From an uncultured Christensenella sp. (lineage in GTDB: Bacteria; Bacillota; Clostridia; Christensenellales; UBA1242), in NCBI GenBank assembly GCA_905207515.1, contig CAJLLK010000002.1, positions 1-56,592 on the forward strand: a stretch of DNA of 56,592 bases, in the 5' to 3' direction. Shown here piece by piece: positions 26,404 through 34,508 of this stretch (its first letter is position 1; every line of letters begins with the position of its first letter). The position numbers and the translations under genes were made by a program. The notes beneath the pieces were generated by a model. That model searched no databases and was not told the DNA's origin. It saw only the letters and a program-made list of their open reading frames with translations.

Positions 26404-27702
26404 TTACATCTCTCGCTCTTTATCCACAATTCTTCCTTGACCACTTTCGCTTACAAACCCGCCAAAACCATTGTTTAAAACTTTTCCGTCGTTAGCCTCT
26501 GAAAAACCAGTTTTGACTTCAGGTTCTTTTTTGTCAAGCTTAAACTCGTCAAGATGAAACGGCTTTAAATTTTCTTTTGGTTGCGTTTTGGAAGTGGAAG
26601 CCTCAACTTTTGGCTGTTCAACAAACACAAAAGCACCACCACCGCCGCCGCCAGATTTCTTCTCTTTATCTTTTTTGCCTCCTGCCGGCTTAGCTTTTTT
26701 TGCAGAACTTTTAACGCTTGCCTTTGCGGCTTTCTTTGGTTTCGCTTTTGCTTCTTTTTTCTCCGCTTTTTCTAGAGCTTTGTTTGAAGTTTTCTCCTGA
26801 GCTTTTTTCTTAGCAAGTTCCGTAAGGTCAGGTGGAGCTTTGTCTTTTACTCTTTTCAAAGGCGTGAGAAAACTTGTCATAACAAGTCTTGCGTCTTTGT
26901 TTTTGCAAAGTTCGTCAAAAGCGTGATTTTTAATCATAACTCTATCGAGCAAAAACTTGAGTTTTGTGTAATTTTGATTTAAATTTGGGTCTTTTTCAAG
27001 TTGTTTTTCCAGCAACTGTTTATATTCATATTTTATCTTCTGACCAAGCTCGCCAAAATTGTCCAACAACGTCAACATCTTTGTCAAATAAAGCTGTGCC
27101 AAAATTTCAGTTAACTCTCGGCTGAAAAGCATTTCTTCTTCTTGCATGTGGAGATATTTGTAAATGTCATCAGTCATTTCATAGATGTTTTCTTCAAAAT
27201 AAACTCGCCACTTCTTGTAGACTTCTTCTCTAAACTGCGCCGAATAAACAGCCACAAGTTCGTCAAGTTTTGTGGTATGCTTGACATCTTCATCGGCTCG
27301 GTGTTCGACTTCAATCAAAAACAGCTGTGCTTTGGAATAGCCTTCTGAAATTTCAAATTCAATTTTAAAATTCAAAACAAATTCATTTAGGGTGGCAGAA
27401 ACATAGGCTGTTTCTTCCACTTTTTCTTCAAACTTTTTTGGAGCAAGCAAAAGCCCGTTTATCAACTTTTCATTGGAAAGCTTATAATTTCCGTCGGCGT
27501 CAAATTCTCCAAGCAAATTGTTTCTTTGTTTCGCTTGAAAAAACATAATTTCAAGATATTGCTGCTTGATTTGTTGCGCTTCCAAACTTTCAGGCGATTG
27601 AGATGGCTGGTCGCCCGAAGTTATGCCAAAGACAAGCTCATCTTTTGCTTTCTTCTTTCTCATAGAGACATTATACAATAGAATTTTTGGTTTTGCAACC
27701 AT
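26404..27702 (-). CDS. Hypothetical protein (432 aa, or 419 aa from the ATG at 27663) with a Lys/Ala-rich, histone-H1-like C-terminal region
   Basis: Helical, acidic N-terminal two thirds, followed by KKKAQEKTSNKALEKAEKKEAKAKPKKAAKASVKSSAKKAKPAGGKKDKEKKSGGGGGG. No family recognised. Confidence 0.7.
   Translation of the reverse strand: MVAKPKILLYNVSMRKKKAKDELVFGITSGDQPSQSPESLEAQQIKQQYLEIMFFQAKQRNNLLGEFDADGNYKLSNEKLINGLLLAPKKFEEKVEETAYVSATLNEFVLNFKIEFEISEGYSKAQLFLIEVEHRADEDVKHTTKLDELVAVYSAQFREEVYKKWRVYFEENIYEMTDDIYKYLHMQEEEMLFSRELTEILAQLYLTKMLTLLDNFGELGQKIKYEYKQLLEKQLEKDPNLNQNYTKLKFLLDRVMIKNHAFDELCKNKDARLVMTSFLTPLKRVKDKAPPDLTELAKKKAQEKTSNKALEKAEKKEAKAKPKKAAKASVKSSAKKAKPAGGKKDKEKKSGGGGGGAFVFVEQPKVEASTSKTQPKENLKPFHLDEFKLDKKEPEVKTGFSEANDGKVLNNGFGGFVSESGQGRIVDKEREM
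27670..27698 (-). promoter_or_regulatory. Consensus-like promoter inside the first 13 codons of the 432-aa ORF, positioned to give a leaderless start at ATG 27663
   Basis: Minus strand TTGCAA (27693..27698), 17-nt spacer, TATAAT (27670..27675), then 6 nt, then the ATG (27661..27663). Confidence 0.4.
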
Positions 27703-27732
27703 TTTATTCCATAATTTTTGTCCAAAACCGCC

Positions 27733-28041
27733 TTATTTCTTCAAAAAAGAGACACAAATTGGCTTTTCTTTAAGGTCATTCACAGTTATGCCGTTTGCGC
27801 AACACGTGCCGTTGTCGTTGAAAAGACACGGTGCATTGCAACCTATGTCAATCGTCGCACTGTCTCGCTGCGGTGCATATTTTGGCGGCTCATCTGAAAA
27901 CAACCATTTTGTTTTGTCAACTGGTTGCTTGCCATGTTCGTATTTGTTGCACTCGGCGTTCTTCTTGACCAAAATTTCTTTTGCCGTGCATGTGTAATCT
28001 TTGTTGTATAAACAACCCGTTTTTCTACATCGAATATCCAT
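27733..28041 (-). CDS. DUF1540-like cysteine-rich protein (two repeats)
   Basis: CRKTGCLYNKDYTCTAKEILV and CNAPCLFNDNGTCCANGITVN match my recollection of the DUF1540 Cys pattern. RBS GAGGAG. Confidence 0.7.
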   Translation of the reverse strand: MDIRCRKTGCLYNKDYTCTAKEILVKKNAECNKYEHGKQPVDKTKWLFSDEPPKYAPQRDSATIDIGCNAPCLFNDNGTCCANGITVNDLKEKPICVSFLKK

Positions 28042-28072
28042 ATTGCTCCTCTGACATTATTTTGTCCTTTTA

Positions 28073-28102
28073 TTGACAAAACAAACATAAATGTTGTAAA
28101 CT
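28073..28102 (+). promoter_or_regulatory. Promoter of rplI
   Basis: TTGACA (28073..28078), 18-nt spacer, TAAACT (28097..28102). RBS GAGG. Confidence 0.5.
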
Positions 28103-28123
28103 TAAAATATAAGCGAGGTAAAA

Positions 28124-28567
28124 ATGAAAGTAGTTTTGTTGAAAGATGTGAAAGGAACAGGCAAAAAAGGTGAAGTCAAAGAAGTGGCTGATGGTTTTGC
28201 AAAAAACTTTTTGCTTAAAAACAATTTTGCAAAAGTGGCAAACAACAGCGCGCTCAACGAAAACAAAATTCAAAAAGATGCTGAAAAATTTCACAAGGCT
28301 CAAGAAATTTCAGCTGCAAAAGAGCTGGCAAAAAAGATAAATGGTCAAACAATCAAACTTTCGATAAAATGTGGAAGCAACGGAAAAACTTTTGGCTCTG
28401 TGACGAGCAAAGAAATTTCTGAAGAGCTCCTGAAGAAAAACATCGACATCGACAAAAAGAAAATTGATTTGAAAGAGCCAATCAAAGCGGTCGGCACATA
28501 TGAAGTTGTCGCTCGAATTTATCCAGAAATTTCCGCCAAATTTTTTGTGGAAATAAATTCAATTTAA
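28124..28567 (+). CDS. rplI: 50S ribosomal protein L9
   Basis: 147 aa. [30 protein letters not shown] is a canonical L9 N-terminus. Confidence 0.95.
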   Translation: MKVVLLKDVKGTGKKGEVKEVADGFAKNFLLKNNFAKVANNSALNENKIQKDAEKFHKAQEISAAKELAKKINGQTIKLSIKCGSNGKTFGSVTSKEISEELLKKNIDIDKKKIDLKEPIKAVGTYEVVARIYPEISAKFFVEINSI

Positions 28568-28572
28568 TTGTC

Positions 28573-28670
28573 AAAAATTAAATAAAAAATAATTTAAAAT
28601 TGAAAAAATGTAAAAAAATTGTTTAAAAATTCAAAAAAAATTGAAAAAATCATGCAAAAATTAAAAAAAT
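28573..28670. repeat. Block of ten helically phased A-tracts (predicted intrinsically curved DNA)
   Basis: A4-A8 tracts start at 28573, 28585, 28596, 28603, 28612, 28625, 28633, 28644, 28657 and 28664. Mean spacing is about 10.1 bp. Confidence 0.6.
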
Positions 28671-28702
28671 CCGCTTCAAAAATGCGGATTTATTTTATTT
28701 TT
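28667..28702. terminator. Terminator downstream of rplI, also usable from the minus strand
   Basis: AAATCCGC-(9-nt loop)-GCGGATTT followed by ATTTTATTTTT. An A-run precedes it. Confidence 0.7.
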
Positions 28703-28867
28703 CTTTTTCAAAAAATTATATTTATTGTTTAAAAGTGTGGTCAAAGAACACGAGACTTGATTTACCAAATTTCTCAAATCTTCAATCTCTTCAACCGAAA
28801 GTCCTTTGGCAAGTTCCATGGCAATTGTGGTGGCAAGCAAAACCAATTCTTCATCTTTGCAACTCAT
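28676..28867 (-). CDS. Hypothetical small protein (63 aa)
   Basis: MSCKDEELVLLATTIAMELAKGLSVEEIEDLRNLVNQVSCSL is helical. There is no clear SD, and the 3' end runs into the terminator hairpin. Weak call. Confidence 0.35.
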   Translation of the reverse strand: MSCKDEELVLLATTIAMELAKGLSVEEIEDLRNLVNQVSCSLTTLLNNKYNFLKKKNKINPHF

Positions 28868-28902
28868 ATATTTTTATATTATATCAAAGCCAAAAATGTG
28901 AT

Positions 28903-29679
28903 TTAAGAAAGCTTTTTAAAAAGCTCAACAAATTCGTCCAGCGAAAGTGTTTCGGCTCGTTTTTTCAAAGTCTCTTCAGTCAAACATTCTTTCAGCTTTT
29001 CTTTGCTGAAAATTTTTGAAAGGTTGTTTAAAAGGGTTTTGCGTCTCATTGAAAAACAAGTTTTGACAAAAGCAGAAAATTTTGCAGCATCAATGTCGGC
29101 ATATTTCGGCTGAATTTTCACATTTAAAAGCGCCGAGTCCACATTTGGAACTGGATAAAACATCTGCCTGTTTATCATTCTTGTTATCTTCGGCGTGCCA
29201 TAAAAATTTGTCATGACCGTCAAGATGCCATAATCTTTTCCACCAACTTGTGCACAAATGCGCTCGGCGACTTCTTTTTGAACCATAATTGTCAAACTTT
29301 GGAGCTTTGTGCTTTCTTCCAAAAACTTGAAAATGATTGGAGTGGTGATGTAATATGGCAAATTTGCCACAACCTTGATTTTTTTTGAAAATTTGCTTTC
29401 GACTTTTTTCATGTCAGCTTTAAGAAAATCGTCAAACACAAATTCAACATTTTTTAAATTCAACGCAAGCAAACTTTCTTGCAAATCTTTGTCAATTTCA
29501 AACGAAACAACTTTTTTGCACCTTTGGCTCAACACTTGCGTCAAACTTCCAGCACCCGCACCCACTTCCAGCACTTCGTCATTTTCAGAAATCTCTGCGT
29601 CACTTGCAATGGCGTTCAACAAATTTTTGTCGCTGATAAAATTTTGCCCAAACTTTTTCTTAAAAACAAAATCACTCAT
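28903..29679 (-). CDS. rsmA: 16S rRNA (adenine1518/1519-N6)-dimethyltransferase
   Basis: KKKFGQNFISDKNLL and a SAM-binding motif VLEVGAGAGSLT. Confidence 0.93.
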   Translation of the reverse strand: MSDFVFKKKFGQNFISDKNLLNAIASDAEISENDEVLEVGAGAGSLTQVLSQRCKKVVSFEIDKDLQESLLALNLKNVEFVFDDFLKADMKKVESKFSKKIKVVANLPYYITTPIIFKFLEESTKLQSLTIMVQKEVAERICAQVGGKDYGILTVMTNFYGTPKITRMINRQMFYPVPNVDSALLNVKIQPKYADIDAAKFSAFVKTCFSMRRKTLLNNLSKIFSKEKLKECLTEETLKKRAETLSLDEFVELFKKLS

Positions 29680-30437
29680 ATTTTGAAAATCCTTTTTGCG
29701 TTTTCGGTGGTTTGAAAAGCGACTTCTTCCAAAGACAGCCCTTTTATGCTGGCAATCTTGTCAGCAACATAAATTATGTTTTTTGGCTCGTTGCGCTTGC
29801 CGCGAAATGGTTCTGGAGACATGTAAGGGCAATCAGTTTCAAGCAAAATTCTCTCAAGCGGCAAGTTTTTTATCACTTCCACAACATTTTTGGCATTTTT
29901 AAAAGTTGCTACGCCGCCAAACGAAAAACTAAAACCCAAATCCATCAAAATTTTGGCACTTTCAAAACTGCCCGCATAACAATGCATCAAACTTTCTTGT
30001 GTATGTCGATTTGATTTCAAAATGTCAATTGTGTCACCCATGGCGTCACGGCTGTGAACCACAATTGGTTTTTGTAAATTTTTGGCAAGTTTTATTTGCT
30101 CCACAAAAACTTGTTTTTGCAAACTTTTGTTGTCATCTATGAAATGATAATCCAAACCAATTTCTCCAATTGCCACAACTTTTTCGTTTTTTGCAAGTTT
30201 TTCGAGATTTTTTAGCGTTTTTTCATCCAATTCATCGACATTTTCTGGATGAAGCCCAACATTCGCAAAAATATTTGAGTGAGTTTTTGCAAGTTCCAAA
30301 GCGCTTTGGCTTGACGGCAAGTTAAAAGCAGAGCAAACAATTTTTTCAACATAATGTTCTTTTGCTCTTGTCAAAACAGCTTTCAAATCGTCAAATTTTT
30401 CATCGGTCAAATGTGCATGTGCATCTATAAGTTCCAT
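29676..30437 (-). CDS. tatD: TatD-family metal-dependent hydrolase
   Basis: LIDAHAHL, VAIGEIGLDY, HSRDA and ETDCPY motifs. Overlaps rsmA by 4 nt. Confidence 0.92.
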   Translation of the reverse strand: MELIDAHAHLTDEKFDDLKAVLTRAKEHYVEKIVCSAFNLPSSQSALELAKTHSNIFANVGLHPENVDELDEKTLKNLEKLAKNEKVVAIGEIGLDYHFIDDNKSLQKQVFVEQIKLAKNLQKPIVVHSRDAMGDTIDILKSNRHTQESLMHCYAGSFESAKILMDLGFSFSFGGVATFKNAKNVVEVIKNLPLERILLETDCPYMSPEPFRGKRNEPKNIIYVADKIASIKGLSLEEVAFQTTENAKRIFKI

Positions 30438-30541
30438 GCAAAAATTTTAGCAAACTGAAAAATTATTGTCAAGGAAAATTGAATTACACTTTTTTCTTCG
30501 AATTTACGTCTTTTTTCGAGTTTTTTCACATAAAATCTTAT

Positions 30542-31117
30542 ATGAATTTGTTTTGGCTGTTGATGATGCTGTCCAGCATTTTGGTTCTGCTCATAACAAA
30601 TCCCAGCGCGGTTTTGTCTGAAATGCTGGGAGCTTCTGCCAACGCTCTTGAACTCTGCATCGAACTTTGTGCTGTTTACGCGGTTTGGCTTGGCATTATG
30701 GAACTTGTGGACGCCAGCGGTTTGAGTGAAAAATTGGCAAAACTTTTAAGACCATTGATAAAAAAAATCTTCAAAGTTGACAATGCCGAAACGCAAAAAA
30801 TCATTGCACTCAATGTTTCAGCAAACATGCTCGGGCTGGGAAATGCTTCCACTCCAATGGGCATCAAAGCGATGCAAAAATTGGATGACGGCAGCGGAAA
30901 AGCAAATTTTGCCATGATAATGTTGGTCGTTTTAAATGCCACTTCCATTCAACTCTTGCCGACAACTGTCATTGGGCTTCGTGCCAGCGCCGGCTCTGAA
31001 AATCCGTCTGACATCATCATTCCAACACTTATTGCCACATTCTGCACAACGGTTTTAGGCATTTTTCTTGTGCATTTCATCGACAAAATCTTAAGAAAAA
31101 GGCGAGCGAAAAAATGA
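30542..31117 (+). CDS. spmA: Nucleoside-recognition-domain membrane protein SpmA
   Basis: MNLFWLLMMLSSILVLL...GASANALELCIELCAVYAVWLGIMEL matches the SpmA pattern. I prefer the ATG at 30542 over the TTG at 30479. No obvious SD. Confidence 0.8.
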   Translation: MNLFWLLMMLSSILVLLITNPSAVLSEMLGASANALELCIELCAVYAVWLGIMELVDASGLSEKLAKLLRPLIKKIFKVDNAETQKIIALNVSANMLGLGNASTPMGIKAMQKLDDGSGKANFAMIMLVVLNATSIQLLPTTVIGLRASAGSENPSDIIIPTLIATFCTTVLGIFLVHFIDKILRKRRAKK

Positions 31118-31620
31118 GCGTCTATATTTTGCCAATCATTTTTATTTTGGTTTTTGTTTACAGCATTTACAAGCGCATAAACACATATGACTGTTTTGTC
31201 AAAGGTGCAAAGGGCGCCATAAAACTTGTTGTGGACATTTTTCCTTTCATCGCGTCAATTTTGATTGCGGTGGCACTTTTGCGTGTCAGCGGCATAACCG
31301 ATTTTTTGGCTCAACTTCTGTCACCAATCTTCAACTTTTTGGGCATTCCAACCGAACTTTGCGAACTTGTTCTGCTTCGTCCTTTTACCGGAAGTGGAAG
31401 TTTTGGGCTTTTGGAAAACATTTTCACAACCTATGGCGCTGACAGCTACATTGCAAGGTGTGCGTGCGTCATCATGGGCTGCAGTGAAACAATTTTTTAT
31501 GTCGCAACAGTTTACATCTCTCAAACCAAAGTGAAAAGGCTATTCTATGCCATTCCTGTTGCACTTGTTTGTTCTTTGGTTGGAACAGTTCTCGCCTGTC
31601 TGCTCTGCAAAGTGATGTAA
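31114..31620 (+). CDS. spmB: Spore maturation protein B-like membrane protein
   Basis: 168 aa. Overlaps spmA by 4 nt. LRPFTGSGSFGLLENIF is typical of SpmB. Confidence 0.82.
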   Translation: MSVYILPIIFILVFVYSIYKRINTYDCFVKGAKGAIKLVVDIFPFIASILIAVALLRVSGITDFLAQLLSPIFNFLGIPTELCELVLLRPFTGSGSFGLLENIFTTYGADSYIARCACVIMGCSETIFYVATVYISQTKVKRLFYAIPVALVCSLVGTVLACLLCKVM

Positions 31621-31622
31621 AC

Positions 31623-31656
31623 AAAAAAACTCTGTCAAATCAAACAGAGTTTTTAA
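31623..31656. terminator. Bidirectional terminator
   Basis: AAAAACTCTGT-CAAATCAA-ACAGAGTTTTT. Confidence 0.8.
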
Positions 31657-31660
31657 TTTT

Positions 31661-31915
31661 TTAAAATTCATAATTGTCTATCAACTTTTCTCTCAGCTTT
31701 TTGTATTCTTCTTCAGAAATTATGTCAGCATCTTTCATTTCTTTAAGTTCTGACAAAATCTGCTGCAAAGATGGCTTTCCAATGTCTTTAGCTTTTTTGT
31801 TTGATTTGCCATCGCCTTCTGCAGCATTTATCAAAACTTTTTTGTTAAAACGCGAAGCATCTTGTGTTATGTTAAAAAGAATAATCATCGATGCAATGAT
31901 ATCCAAAGCCGACAC
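31661..31915 (-). CDS. SHOCT-domain small protein
   Basis: The C-terminus LSELKEMKDADIISEEEYKKLREKLI matches the SHOCT pattern. The N-terminus is hydrophobic. GTG start, no clear SD. Confidence 0.55.
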   Translation of the reverse strand: MSALDIIASMIILFNITQDASRFNKKVLINAAEGDGKSNKKAKDIGKPSLQQILSELKEMKDADIISEEEYKKLREKLIDNYEF

Positions 31916-31948
31916 ACTTCAAACTAAAAACAATAGCAATTTAAAGCA

Positions 31949-32671
31949 TTACAATTTTTTGCCAAAATTTTTTGTTTGGAGTGCTTCAAGATAATTTCCA
32001 TCGCGGTCGTTTGTGACAAGGTTTGGAAAAACTTTGACGCCGTCTTTTCCACCCTTGACCGCTTTTATGACCACAAGCTTGACTTCGCCTTTGCCGTTTT
32101 CTGTGAAAAACATCTCTTTGATTTTCAAGTTGTGAGCCTGGCAAGTTGAAATCAGCTCGCATGAGCGCTCGGCAGAAAAGCAACAATAAAAACTTCCACC
32201 AAACTTCAGCATTTTGTTTGCCGTTTTCACAAGCTCGAAAAGAGTTAAGTTTATTTCTTCTTTCGCTAGCTTTTTCACTTCGTTTTGAACAAATTTTGTT
32301 GGCTTGAAATAAGGCGGATTTGAAAAGACAACATCCACACTCTCGCAAGAAAAAAACTTTTCAAAATTTTTGACATCTTCGCAAATCAATTCAATTTTTT
32401 CGTTTAAATCATTAAAATTTAAGTTTTTTTTGCAAATTTCTTGCATTTTTTGTTGAATTTCAAATGCAAAAATTTTTTTGATTTTGTTTTTCGCTTGAAC
32501 AAGAAGGGAAACGCCCCCACAGCCGGCGCCGATTTCCACCGCCACATCACTTGGTTTGGTCTTGACAAAATTTGCCAAAATCACACTGTCAGAAGTGAAA
32601 GTGTAGAGCTCTTTGTTTTGAAAAATTTTCAAGCCATTGCAGCCCAAATCTTCAAGTCTGTCGTCTTGCAT
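31949..32671 (-). CDS. SAM-dependent N6-adenine methyltransferase (YabB / TrmN6-like)
   Basis: SAM motif VEIGAGCGG and catalytic FSNPPYF. It follows ricT, as in the Bacillus yaaT-yabA-yabB region. Confidence 0.8.
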   Translation of the reverse strand: MQDDRLEDLGCNGLKIFQNKELYTFTSDSVILANFVKTKPSDVAVEIGAGCGGVSLLVQAKNKIKKIFAFEIQQKMQEICKKNLNFNDLNEKIELICEDVKNFEKFFSCESVDVVFSNPPYFKPTKFVQNEVKKLAKEEINLTLFELVKTANKMLKFGGSFYCCFSAERSCELISTCQAHNLKIKEMFFTENGKGEVKLVVIKAVKGGKDGVKVFPNLVTNDRDGNYLEALQTKNFGKKL

Positions 32672-33492
32672 TATTTCTCTTCCTTTTTGAAAGTGATTTC
32701 GTCAAGTGGATAAATCTTGACTTCGGTGTCATCGCCATTTGCAAATTTGACTTCCACATTTCTCTCCAAAAGATGATTGAAAACAACTGTTCCTTTTCCG
32801 TCTTTTGTCGAAACAATTGCCCCGACCTTTGGCATGATTTTGAGCGCTTCTTGATAAACAGGGTTTTCATAGGCGATGCAACACATGAGTTTTCCACACA
32901 AGCCGCTGATGCTGGTTGGATTTAAAGAAAGATTTTGTGTTTTTGCCATTTTCATAGAAACATGGTCAAATTGCCCCATGTTTTGCACACAACAACAAAT
33001 TTTTCCGCAAGGACCAAAGCCACCCAACATTCTCACTTCGTCACGGCTGCCAATCTGGCGAAGTTCTACTCTTTTTTTGAGTGTTTCTGCCAACGTTTTG
33101 ACAAGCTCACGAAAATCCACTCTGTTTTCAGACGTGAAATTTATGATATATCTGCTGTTGTCATAGCTTGCCTCAACTTTGACAATTTTCATGTCAAGAT
33201 TGAAACTTTTGACGATTTCTTTGACTTTTGAATAAAGTTTTTCTGCCTGTTTGTCATATTCTTCAGCCTTTTCGACCACACTTTTTGAAGCGATTTGCAC
33301 AACGTTTTTCAGCGGCGAAACAAGTTTGCTCGCGTCGATAACTTCATTTTCTTTGATAATCACGCCCAAATCAAGCCCTTTTTCAGTTTCCACCAAAACA
33401 TAATCACCGCACTTAAGTTTCAATCCATTTGGCGAAAAAGAATATATATGATTGCCGTTTTTAAATTTGACACCAACAACTTCTACTTGCAT
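32671..33492 (-). CDS. ricT: PSP1-domain protein RicT/YaaT
   Basis: 273 aa. PSP1 pattern with a Cys cluster (GPCGKICCC ... GLCGKLMCC). It sits downstream of holB. Confidence 0.88.
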   Translation of the reverse strand: MQVEVVGVKFKNGNHIYSFSPNGLKLKCGDYVLVETEKGLDLGVIIKENEVIDASKLVSPLKNVVQIASKSVVEKAEEYDKQAEKLYSKVKEIVKSFNLDMKIVKVEASYDNSRYIINFTSENRVDFRELVKTLAETLKKRVELRQIGSRDEVRMLGGFGPCGKICCCVQNMGQFDHVSMKMAKTQNLSLNPTSISGLCGKLMCCIAYENPVYQEALKIMPKVGAIVSTKDGKGTVVFNHLLERNVEVKFANGDDTEVKIYPLDEITFKKEEK

Positions 33493-34439
33493 AAATATTT
33501 AACCTCCAGCATTTTTAACAAAAAATTGTCAATTGCAACCGTTAAATTTGCGTTAAATTCAATTTTTTCACGCAAATTTGAAATCAATTTTGAAATTTCG
33601 CACAGTGACTCTACTGAAAATTCAGGTTCCACATCTTTGAAATCGTTCACATAAGTTTTCAAAAGACACAAATTTTCGCTTTCACACTTAATCTTCAAGA
33701 TGTCTTCAATGCAAATTGACATGATTTCCAAAATCAAATCCAAATCGTTTTGAAAATCTAAAAATTTTTTTGAAAACAAAAGCACTTGCTTGCTGTTTTT
33801 CATTTCAGTAAACAAACTGACTGCAAAATTTGTGATTGTTTTGAGATTTTCGTTTCGAGCAAGTTCCAGCGTTTTGCCAGCATAACCGTTTCCAAGCACA
33901 ATCGCCAAGTCGTCTTGCGTCAGTTTAGAAAGCCCTTCTTTTGAAATTGGGCCGATTTTGATTTTGTCACACCTGCTTTTTATCGTAGGCAAAACTTTGT
34001 CCTCGTTGGCGGCACTTAAAAGAAAGTAAACATTTGCAGGCGGCTCTTCCAACACTTTCAAAAGTTTGTTTTGCGCTTCTTCAGTTGAGATGTCGATGTT
34101 TTTTATGATAAAAATTTTGTATGGCAAATTTACCGCTTTCACATAACTTTCTGAAACAATCTCGTTGGAATCTAAAACCAACAATTTTTCGTTGTTTTTT
34201 GGATAAATTTTGACATCCAAATCAACACCTTTTTCTATCTTTGTAAATTCTGCGCTCTTTTCATTGAACAGTTCAAAAATTTGATATTCTAACATAAGCG
34301 CTGTCAAAACCAATGTTTTGGCACTCGTCAACTTGTCTTCACAGAAAAACAAAACCGCATTAGGAAATTTGTTATCTCGTTTTTTTTGCAGAATATTGTG
34401 AAAAAAATCTTGATTTTTTATTATTTCAGTCAAATCCAT
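33483..34439 (-). CDS. holB: DNA polymerase III subunit delta'
   Basis: 318 aa. LLKVLEEPPANVYFLL and PTIKSRC motifs. There is no SD upstream of the ATG (see promoter feature). Confidence 0.85.
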   Translation of the reverse strand: MDLTEIIKNQDFFHNILQKKRDNKFPNAVLFFCEDKLTSAKTLVLTALMLEYQIFELFNEKSAEFTKIEKGVDLDVKIYPKNNEKLLVLDSNEIVSESYVKAVNLPYKIFIIKNIDISTEEAQNKLLKVLEEPPANVYFLLSAANEDKVLPTIKSRCDKIKIGPISKEGLSKLTQDDLAIVLGNGYAGKTLELARNENLKTITNFAVSLFTEMKNSKQVLLFSKKFLDFQNDLDLILEIMSICIEDILKIKCESENLCLLKTYVNDFKDVEPEFSVESLCEISKLISNLREKIEFNANLTVAIDNFLLKMLEVKYLCK

Positions 34440-34445
34440 AAAACA

Positions 34446-34474
34446 ATTTTATCACAACCAAACAAAAATTGCAA
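34446..34474 (-). promoter_or_regulatory. Consensus promoter placed to produce a leaderless holB mRNA
   Basis: Minus strand TTGCAA (34469..34474), 17-nt spacer, gTGaTAAAAT (-10 hexamer at 34446..34451), then TGTTTT (6 nt), then the ATG (34437..34439). Confidence 0.55.
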
Positions 34475-34480
34475 AATAAA

Positions 34481-34508
34481 TCAAAAAAAGCATCATTTCT
34501 GATGCTTA
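34481..34508 (-). terminator. Terminator of the ATPase gene, with the stop codon inside the hairpin
   Basis: Minus strand AAGCATCA-GAAA-TGATGCTT followed by TTTTTGATTTATTTTG. The TGA stop lies in the 3' arm. Confidence 0.8.

Noticed and set aside
30479-30541. N-terminal extension of spmA from a TTG start
   Set aside because: The extension (MNYTFFFEFTSFFEFFHIKSY) looks like translated AT-rich spacer. The conserved SpmA N-terminus starts at the ATG at 30542.
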